Part shown: positions 49,340 to 55,909 of the stretch, in pieces
Layout of the letters: each line of letters opens with the position of its first letter
How positions within the stretch are numbered: position 1 is the stretch's first letter
NCBI GenBank assembly: GCA_949745755.1
Contig: CATJZL010000044.1
Span: 1-55,909, forward strand
Reading direction: 5' to 3'
From: an uncultured Bacilli bacterium
GTDB taxonomy: Bacteria; Bacillota_I; Bacilli_A; RF39; UBA660
DNA: 55,909 bases
The notes under the pieces: model-generated
Seen by the model: the letters and a program-made list of their open reading frames with translations, nothing else
Told to the model about the DNA's origin: nothing
Databases searched by the model: none
Translations under genes and position numbers: made by a program

Positions 49340-49891
49340 TTACACTTCCTTTTCTATTTGTTTTATTATTTCATTTAATCTTTCTTGATACTTTTCTGTT
49401 GTTCCATTATTTAGAATATAGTAATCTGCATAGGCAATTGGTCCACCTTTTGCCGAATTCTCTATTTCTGCGATATCTCTTTTTACAATATCATCATAAG
49501 AAAATGGTCTATCTATTCTCTTTTCTACTCTTTTATACCGAGTATTTTTATCTGTGATAATTGCTATTAACTTTAGGCATGGAAATTTCTCTTTTAATAT
49601 TTTATATTCATCCCATGAATAAAGTCCATCTAATACAACATTTCCATTTTTATATAATGTAGTGATCTCTTCAAGTAGAAGTTTAGCTACCACACCCATG
49701 CCATGTTTTTTTCTTAGGTTTTCTCTAAATTCTTTTTGACTATCTGGGGTAATTTCTATTCCTTCTTCTTGCATTTTTTTATAGATTATTCCTCCAAAAT
49801 AAACGGGCTTATAATCTTTTTTAGTTAAAAGGTTACAGGCCATGGATTTTCCACTTCCACTCATTCCTACGATTGCAATTATTTTGTTCAT
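49340..49891 (-). CDS. P-loop nucleotide/nucleoside kinase-like protein (dephospho-CoA-kinase/UPF0200-like fold)
   Basis: MNKIIAIVGMSGSGKS Walker A at the extreme N-terminus, VLDGLYSWDEY, LID-like RYKRVEKR. 183 aa. Its stop lies 2 nt from the alaS start. Confidence 0.55.
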   Translation of the reverse strand: MNKIIAIVGMSGSGKSMACNLLTKKDYKPVYFGGIIYKKMQEEGIEITPDSQKEFRENLRKKHGMGVVAKLLLEEITTLYKNGNVVLDGLYSWDEYKILKEKFPCLKLIAIITDKNTRYKRVEKRIDRPFSYDDIVKRDIAEIENSAKGGPIAYADYYILNNGTTEKYQERLNEIIKQIEKEV

Positions 49892-49894
49892 ATT

Positions 49895-50062
49895 TCTATC
49901 CTTTCTATCACAAATAAAAGACCTCTTTAGGAGGACAAATGAATGCCCGGTACCATCCTAAATTGGTCTTGATTTTTTTAACGACTTTGGCCGAAAAAAC
50001 TCAAAAGTAGCTTTCCTAAAATATGCTAGCTTTCACCCTCCTAGCTCTCTTTTTTGTATTTT
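49895..50062 (-). promoter_or_regulatory. T-box riboswitch leader, Ala (GCU) specifier, with terminator/antiterminator
   Basis: Minus-strand transcript: AGAGA box, stem-loop GCUAG-GAGGGUGAAAG-CUAGC, specifier loop GGAAAGCUAC (GCU = complement of 50009-50011), stem III UUUUUUCGGC-CAAA-GUCG..AAAAAA. T-box AAUUUAGGAUGGUACCGGG is the complement of 49945-49963. Terminator AAGACCAAUUUAGGAUGG / CCUCCUAAAGAGGUCUU (49953-49970 with 49918-49934), then UUUUAUUU. Confidence 0.85.
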
Positions 50063-50092
50063 AGTACTTTTCTTTCTCATTGTTTTTTTATT

Positions 50093-51253
50093 TTATTCAA
50101 AATATAACATTTTTTCTTTTATTTTACCTAACAAATCTAGTTTTTCATTTACAAAGGTGAATATTATTTTCAAAATTGCTACTAGTGGTGTTGCAAATAT
50201 CATTCCTATCATACCAAAGAAATGTCCAAAAATCAATAGGCCTAACATTATTGTTACTGGGTGCAGTTCCATACTATGTCCCATAATTAATGGTTGATAG
50301 AAATTGTTTTCTAGTGTTTGTACAACTATTATAGAGATAATTGTGAAGACTCCTGTTATTGGAGATATTGCAAATCCTACTATAATAGCTGGTACTGCTC
50401 CTATCCAAGGACCAAAATACGGAATGATATCTGTGATAGCACAGAATAAAGCGAATATGAGTGGGGCTTTTAATCCTGCTAATGTTAATCCTACAGCTTG
50501 ACTTATAAAGACTAGTAACATTACGATTAATACTCCTTGAATATAGTTTCTAAGTGAGGTATTAATTCTACTAGCAAGATCCCTTACATTGCTATGATAC
50601 TTTTTAGGTATGATATTGAACATTTTTTTTGTCATTTTATGATAATCATAGGATAAATAAAAACTAATCATTAATCCTAATATTAAAGTGGTCATACTAG
50701 ATATAAATGTTTTTGTTCCACCTATTAGCGTTTCTGGTAGTCCTACAGATAAACTGGTGCTGATATTTCCTATTGTTTTGAAAATATTCTTTTTTACATC
50801 TTCTATTGCAGCGCTTTCATTGTTTTTAAATAAATCATTAATCACTTCTTTTAATTCATCTAAAATATTGGGCATTGCTGCAATCAAATCCTTTATTTGA
50901 CTTACAAAATTTGGTATTACAAGTCCTAGTATAACTAAGACAAGGCTTAACATTATTACATAAACAATAATACATGAAAGGATTCTAGGTACTTTTTTCT
51001 TGGTTAATTTGTCAATTAAGGGTGAAAAAAGCCAAGCAACTAGGACTCCTATAAATAATGGTATTAAAATAGTGATAAATTCAAAAATGAATGGGAATAC
51101 ATGACATTTACCTAAAATATAAATAGCTAGGCATATCATGATAATAATGACTAAATTGTTTAATAAGTAACCTAATTTTTTATATTCATTAATACATCTA
51201 TTTAGATTTCGGATATTTATTTTCTCTCTATCTTTTTCTTTTTTCTCAAGCAT
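50093..51253 (-). CDS. AI-2E family transporter (second paralog)
   Basis: 386 aa polytopic membrane protein. ITDIIPYFGPWIGAVPA and QPLIMGHSMELHPVTIMLGLLIFGHFFGMIGMIFATP are the family's conserved blocks. Confidence 0.8.
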   Translation of the reverse strand: MLEKKEKDREKINIRNLNRCINEYKKLGYLLNNLVIIIMICLAIYILGKCHVFPFIFEFITILIPLFIGVLVAWLFSPLIDKLTKKKVPRILSCIIVYVIMLSLVLVILGLVIPNFVSQIKDLIAAMPNILDELKEVINDLFKNNESAAIEDVKKNIFKTIGNISTSLSVGLPETLIGGTKTFISSMTTLILGLMISFYLSYDYHKMTKKMFNIIPKKYHSNVRDLASRINTSLRNYIQGVLIVMLLVFISQAVGLTLAGLKAPLIFALFCAITDIIPYFGPWIGAVPAIIVGFAISPITGVFTIISIIVVQTLENNFYQPLIMGHSMELHPVTIMLGLLIFGHFFGMIGMIFATPLVAILKIIFTFVNEKLDLLGKIKEKMLYFE

Positions 51254-51327
51254 AAGCTCCTCCTTGATTGTTATTATATCAAAATATATCTTTAATTTGA
51301 AGATAAAAATACTTTTTATATTTTATT

Positions 51328-52542
51328 CTATTCTTTCTTTTTATATAATATATTGATATCTACATCACCTTTTATTCCATCAATTCTTCCATCTTGACAG
51401 AGTTGCCACATTACATAATCTGAATTATAATCTGTTTCTTTGGTGTAATGTGCTAACCATACATTGTAGTTATTATATTTCCAAATGGCATTTAAATAGT
51501 TTTTGCTTCCATAGAGCATAGCATTATATCCTTTCTTTTCTATTTTTTTTAGAAAGCTTTCTGCCACTTTATTTAAATCAAATAAACTTAATTCCATTTC
51601 ATTTAAATTATCAAAGCATTCCCAATCAAAGACAATGGGTAATTGTAAATTATATTGTTTGACTTCTTCTATTACCCAGTCTGCTTGTTTTTCTGCCTCT
51701 TTTTCACTATCTGCATAAGAGTAAAAATAAATTCCTACTTTCAAATCTTCTTCTAAAGCACTTTTTATATTTTTTTCGAAATAAGGATCTAAAATGTATT
51801 CTCCATCAATACCTTTTTGACTTCCTATTCTTATCATGACAAAAGAGGCCCCTGCTTTCTTTACTTTTTTAAAATCGATATTTCCTTGCCATTTTGAAAC
51901 ATCAATACCTACTTCTGCATTTTCGTTGTTATGATTTTCAACTATTTCTTGAAATTGTGTTTTTTCTATATTTCTTGCTTTCTTTTTTTCTGTATTTTCT
52001 GCTATTACATGTAGTGTAAAGTTTATTTCGCTTTTGTTTTTATTTTTATCTATTGCTGTATACTTGAGTTCATAGTCTCCTGGTGTATTTATATCAAATT
52101 CACCTTCTATTTTACAATTTGGTTTTTTATCATAGTTATCTACACACATAATGCTTTCTGCTAAATTGATCTCGCTTTTTTCTTTAACATAATGGTCCTC
52201 TGCTAACCATATTAGAGGAGGCTCTTTATCTTTTACATTTATTTTGAATGTACCTATTTTTTTTCTTTTTTTCTTATCATAATATAGGAAATGGATATTT
52301 TGTTCTCCTAATCTTTCTGTATTTATTTTTTTATCCTCTATAATTTTTCCTTTAATACTTGATATATAATCACTTATCTTTTTCTTACTATAAACCTCTA
52401 CATCTAAATCTTTTTTTAATACAAAAAGTGTATTGTCAACAATGATTCTATTATTTAGATAGTGTATTACACCACTTGCTATAATTATTGCTATTATAAT
52501 GGTACATATACTTATGATTGCAGTTATTTTCTTCTTGTCCAT
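51328..52542 (-). CDS. membrane-anchored GH25 muramidase (lysozyme) with Ig-like middle domain
   Basis: N-terminal TM (ITAIISICTIIIAIIIASGVI), middle beta-rich region (DKEPPLI...PGDYELKYTAIDKNKNKS), C-terminal GIDVSKWQGNIDFKKVKKAGASFVMIRIG...LWLAHY GH25 signature. Confidence 0.85.
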   Translation of the reverse strand: MDKKKITAIISICTIIIAIIIASGVIHYLNNRIIVDNTLFVLKKDLDVEVYSKKKISDYISSIKGKIIEDKKINTERLGEQNIHFLYYDKKKRKKIGTFKINVKDKEPPLIWLAEDHYVKEKSEINLAESIMCVDNYDKKPNCKIEGEFDINTPGDYELKYTAIDKNKNKSEINFTLHVIAENTEKKKARNIEKTQFQEIVENHNNENAEVGIDVSKWQGNIDFKKVKKAGASFVMIRIGSQKGIDGEYILDPYFEKNIKSALEEDLKVGIYFYSYADSEKEAEKQADWVIEEVKQYNLQLPIVFDWECFDNLNEMELSLFDLNKVAESFLKKIEKKGYNAMLYGSKNYLNAIWKYNNYNVWLAHYTKETDYNSDYVMWQLCQDGRIDGIKGDVDINILYKKKE

Positions 52543-52684
52543 ATAGATTGATTCCTTTCTTTGTACTTTTTATCAATATAAAGCTTTTCTAATAGTATTA
52601 TATCTTAAATTTTATGATTGAGAAACTATTCTTATATATATTTTCAATTAAATTTAAGTTTGCTATAATAATTTTGGTGATTCT

Positions 52685-53272
52685 ATGAAAACAATTTCTT
52701 CTATAGTTGAAAATGAGCTCATTATTAAAAATTCTAAATTTATTACTATTCTTGTCCCTATAAAGTCTAGTGATGATGTTTTTTTCTATTTAAATCAGTT
52801 AAAGAAAAAATATCCTAAGGCAACACATTATTGTTATGCATATAAATTTTTTGATTATAAAAAGTGTGAAGATGGTGGAGAACCTTCTTCTACTGCTGGT
52901 TTACCTATTTTAAATGTACTAGATAATGAGGGTCTAGAGAATATTTTATGTGTTGTGATTCGATATTTTGGTGGCATAAAGTTAGGTGCAGGGGGTCTTG
53001 TTCGGGCTTATTCTAAAAGTGCATCACTTTGTATTCGATTTGCAGATCTAGTAGATTTAATGGAGGGTTTTAAAGTTGAGGTGTCTTTTTCCTATAACAA
53101 GATTAAAATTGTTGATTATTTGCTAAAGGATTCTATTATTCTTAATAAGACTTTTGATGCTGTTATTTTGTATCAAGCTTTATTGGATTTACCAACGCTT
53201 ACTCTTCTTAATAAAAACGCTATTTTTTATAAAATTATAGAACCAGTTTTTATTCCAAAAAAGAGACTTTAA
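52685..53272 (+). CDS. yigZ: YigZ/IMPACT-family protein (UPF0029)
   Basis: IKNSKFITILVP, ATHYCYAYKF, DGGEPSSTAGLPIL, VVIRYFGGIKLGAGGLVRAY motifs. Confidence 0.9.
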   Translation: MKTISSIVENELIIKNSKFITILVPIKSSDDVFFYLNQLKKKYPKATHYCYAYKFFDYKKCEDGGEPSSTAGLPILNVLDNEGLENILCVVIRYFGGIKLGAGGLVRAYSKSASLCIRFADLVDLMEGFKVEVSFSYNKIKIVDYLLKDSIILNKTFDAVILYQALLDLPTLTLLNKNAIFYKIIEPVFIPKKRL

Positions 53273-53290
53273 TTCTTTTATTTTTCATAA

Positions 53291-53325
53291 AAAAAGAATT
53301 GCTCCGATACATTACAATTCTTTTT
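53291..53325. terminator. bidirectional terminator between yigZ and trxA
   Basis: AAAAAGAATTG (53291-53301) pairs with CAATTCTTTTT (53315-53325). Confidence 0.65.
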
Positions 53326-53329
53326 CATT

Positions 53330-53632
53330 TTATTTAAGCATTTCCTTTAGTTCATTTATATTTTTAAATCCAGATTCTTGTTTTATGATTTGACCATTTT
53401 TTATAAGAACTATCGTGGGAACACTCATTATTCCATATTCTCTAGCCAAATCTGGAAAATTATCAATATCTACTTTTATTATCTCTAATTCTGGCTCTTC
53501 TTTTTCATAACTTTCTAACGTTAAATTTAACATTTTACAGGGACCACACCAAGTAGCAAAAAAATCCACTAAAACTTTTTCCTTGTTTATTTCTTCTTTA
53601 AAATGGTTGGTATCTTTTAAATATTTTATCAT
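53330..53632 (-). CDS. trxA: thioredoxin
   Basis: 100 aa; VDFFATWCGPCKM active site; MSVPT cis-Pro loop. Confidence 0.95.
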   Translation of the reverse strand: MIKYLKDTNHFKEEINKEKVLVDFFATWCGPCKMLNLTLESYEKEEPELEIIKVDIDNFPDLAREYGIMSVPTIVLIKNGQIIKQESGFKNINELKEMLK

Positions 53633-53650
53633 TTTATTCTTCCTTTCTTT

Positions 53651-54385
53651 TTATTTATATTTATTTATAATATTTTCTATTCCTGTTATACTATTCAACT
53701 TATTCTGTTTTTGTAAAATTTCTAAATTCTCTGGAGTTATTAGTTTGTATTTTAACATAATATCCATAGCTTCTAAATTATATTTATTTGCATTCTTTAT
53801 TTTTTCTTCTTCATCATTTATGTTACTTACTAATTTATAAATATCATTGGTTGCATTTGTAATATTTTGAGTCAGTGGTGCAAATAGTGGCGTTTTATCT
53901 AATATAAAATTGGTTATTTTTGATTCATGGAAAGTTTTAAATCCACTTAATGGTACAGAGAGTATTAGTAATATGACAAAGGATACGACTACTCCACTAA
54001 TAAAACCAACAATTCCTCCTAAAAAGGAAGAGACTGGTTTCATAATAATGAGTGCATTTAATAATTTATCTACAATATTTGTAATCGTTAAAATAATTCT
54101 AAATATAAGATTTAATATGGAAAATATAATGGCAAAAGCTAGTATTTGATAAAGTAAAATGTTTAAAGCTGTCAAATTTATTTTTCCTAATCCTAATGGA
54201 AAGAATGGTAAAAATTTATAGAAGGCATTAGCAAGTGTTCCCATTAATGAAAAAGATATTACAACCATAAGTATTGTTCCAAGTACATTCATTCCTTCTT
54301 TTATAATCCCTCTATTGCATCCTGTTACTATACATAGAAGAATAAATATAATAATTAAAATGTTGACTATATTCAAAATAATCAT
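53651..54385 (-). CDS. CvpA-family membrane protein with C-terminal soluble extension
   Basis: N-terminal IVNILIIIFILLCIVTGCNRGIIKE pattern and 4 TM helices typical of CvpA. The extra ~70 aa tail is hydrophilic. Confidence 0.6.
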   Translation of the reverse strand: MIILNIVNILIIIFILLCIVTGCNRGIIKEGMNVLGTILMVVISFSLMGTLANAFYKFLPFFPLGLGKINLTALNILLYQILAFAIIFSILNLIFRIILTITNIVDKLLNALIIMKPVSSFLGGIVGFISGVVVSFVILLILSVPLSGFKTFHESKITNFILDKTPLFAPLTQNITNATNDIYKLVSNINDEEEKIKNANKYNLEAMDIMLKYKLITPENLEILQKQNKLNSITGIENIINKYK

Positions 54386-54454
54386 CTCCTATTCTTTAAA
54401 TTATTATAGCACAAAATTTTGAAATACGTTATACTATTTTTGAGGTGTTTACAT

Positions 54455-55354
54455 ATGAATGTTGTTTTTAAGGTAGATGAAGAAACGAAGAATAAAATGA
54501 TTGCGTATTATGCAGATAAAAAGAAAGATAAAGTTATCCCTTATACTATTTTTCAGGCTGTTGATAATGATACAGTTGTTACTTTATATACTTCTGGTAA
54601 GGTTATGTTTCAGGGAGTTAGTGCTGATGTGGATGCTACGATGTGGAAAGAAATGGTTGGTATTTCTGATACTCCTAAGATCGATTATAGTAAATATCAT
54701 ACTTGTAGTAGTGTTGGTAGTGATGAAGTTGGAACAGGTGACTACTTTGGTCCTATTGTGGTTACAGCTAGCTATGTAAAATTAGAAGATGTTGAGTTTT
54801 TAGATAGTCTTGGTGTAGGCGATTCAAAAAAAATTAATGATAAAACTATTTTGAAAATAGCACCAGAGATTGCTAAGAGAATAAAATATAGAAGTCTTAT
54901 TTTACATAATTTGGAATACAATGAAAAGTATTCAAAGGATGTAAATATGAATAAAATAAAGGCAATTATGCATAATAAAATGTTATACAAATTAATTCAA
55001 GAAGAAAAACCAAATTATGATTATATTATAGTGGATGAATTTGCTCGAGAAAAGAGGTATTATGAATATATTAAAGATGATGTTAATAAACAGACTGGTA
55101 TAACTTTTATGACTAAGGCAGAAGATAAAAATCTAGCGGTTGCTTGTTCTTCTATTATTAGTCGCTATTTGTTTTTAAAAGAATTTGATAAACTTAGTGA
55201 TCATCTTGGTCTTCCTCTTTTAAAGGGAGCAGGTCCTGATGTGGATAAAGTTGGACAGGAAGTTGTAGAAAAGTATGGGGAAGAAAAATTAAAAGAGGTA
55301 GCTAAATTAAATTTTGCCAATACCTCTCGTATACTTCGAACAATGATTTTTTAA
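54455..55354 (+). CDS. rnhC: ribonuclease HIII
   Basis: N-terminal TBP-like domain (VTLYTSGKVMFQG), GSDEVGTGDYFGPIVVTA, DSKKI, IVDEF catalytic motifs. GAGGTG SD before ATG 54455. Confidence 0.9.
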   Translation: MNVVFKVDEETKNKMIAYYADKKKDKVIPYTIFQAVDNDTVVTLYTSGKVMFQGVSADVDATMWKEMVGISDTPKIDYSKYHTCSSVGSDEVGTGDYFGPIVVTASYVKLEDVEFLDSLGVGDSKKINDKTILKIAPEIAKRIKYRSLILHNLEYNEKYSKDVNMNKIKAIMHNKMLYKLIQEEKPNYDYIIVDEFAREKRYYEYIKDDVNKQTGITFMTKAEDKNLAVACSSIISRYLFLKEFDKLSDHLGLPLLKGAGPDVDKVGQEVVEKYGEEKLKEVAKLNFANTSRILRTMIF

Positions 55355-55904
55355 TTGTTTTTCCTTTTTTTGTTTGTTCCTTTATACTTTGTGTAATAGA
55401 TTCTCTCATATTCTCGTAGTTTTTTTGTGCAAGTTCCTGTCTTTCTTCTATTGTATGTAATTTTTTTCTATTTATGGAGCAACCATCTAATTTTTTACTT
55501 TTAATCATTTTAGAGAAATTTTGCAATGCTGTTTTGTCTTTCTTGAAATCTATTGATTCATATTTAACCTTTAAGCTTGTATTTATAAAACTGTAATCTA
55601 TAAATGCTGTTTTTTCTGATGCTAATCTATATGCATTTATTGTGCAATTCCAAAAATTTAAATTGTCCAAATTGGTATCAATTATACTTTCGGCTGTCAA
55701 CTTATCTATAGCTGGTATTTTTATATATGTATTAATTAAATTACAGTGTTCTATCTTTTTAAATAAAATTATACTTGTTTTAGAAAGGTTCATGCCAGAG
55801 AAATTACAATTTTGTATGTGTGGATACTTAGTGATGTTGCATTCCCATGAAATGGAAAAATCAATACTTGCATTTGTATTTTGATAGTTCACTTCTGTTG
55901 GCAT
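55302..55904 (-). CDS. hypothetical protein with loosely pentapeptide-repeat-like N-terminal half; possibly 5'-truncated by the window edge
   Basis: ORF open to the window end (no upstream in-frame stop visible). NCNFSGMNLSKTSI...HCNLINTYI...NFWNCTINAY repeats. Lys-rich C-terminal tail overlaps the rnhC 3' end by 53 nt. Confidence 0.4.
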   Translation of the reverse strand: MPTEVNYQNTNASIDFSISWECNITKYPHIQNCNFSGMNLSKTSIILFKKIEHCNLINTYIKIPAIDKLTAESIIDTNLDNLNFWNCTINAYRLASEKTAFIDYSFINTSLKVKYESIDFKKDKTALQNFSKMIKSKKLDGCSINRKKLHTIEERQELAQKNYENMRESITQSIKEQTKKGKTIKKSLFEVYERYWQNLI

Positions 55905-55909
55905 ATTGA

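Noticed and set aside
28808-51253. The two AI-2E transporter paralogs (28808-29866 and 50093-51253), and the paired XerC/XerD and RNase HII/HIII genes, considered as signs of duplication or an island.
   Set aside because: The paralogs are highly diverged from each other. Such pairs are standard equipment of Bacillota genomes, so they do not indicate recent duplication.

Overview
Visibly AT-rich chromosomal segment from a low-GC, endospore-forming Bacillota genome. The spore-former call rests on spoIVB, spoIIM-like, ylbD/ylbE-like, yqfQ-like, DUF421 and DUF1540 genes. Standard genetic code: TGA is used as a stop and the conserved genes read through intact. All calls come from reading motifs in the supplied translations and DNA by eye; no homology search was run. 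Most of the window is housekeeping core: rbgA, rnhB, topA, xerC, parE/parC, pyk, tmcAL, tgt, secDF, relA, dtd, nusB, xseAB, mnmA, deoB, xerD, rarA, holA, alaS, trxA, rnhC. I saw no rRNA, tRNA, CRISPR array or intact mobile element. The best candidate for something new is at 12.29-15.59 kb. It is a compact cassette resembling a type VIIb secretion substrate/chaperone module: two ~90-98 aa WXG100-like helical proteins, two proteins sharing an LXG-like N-terminal motif in the same register, and a clear DUF4176 protein. It sits between an L,D-transpeptidase gene and pyk, and no EssC-type ATPase or other T7SS core gene is visible anywhere in the 55 kb. Other notable items: (1) an orphan pilC-pilD pair between tgt and secDF whose PilC carries an internal N-terminal duplication; (2) a VirB1-type lytic transglycosylase pseudogene with a T7-run frameshift and a TAA exactly at the catalytic Glu, yet an intact promoter and terminator; (3) an Ala-specific T-box leader controlling a P-loop kinase-alaS-holA operon; (4) a tandem pair of Tim44-like/zinc-ribbon paralogs; (5) a GreA-like protein with two C-terminal domains; (6) a truncated HipA_C-like protein with a convergent, untracked 30-codon hydrophobic peptide gene; (7) a short IS3-family transposase relic next to a 475-bp non-coding AT-rich gap.
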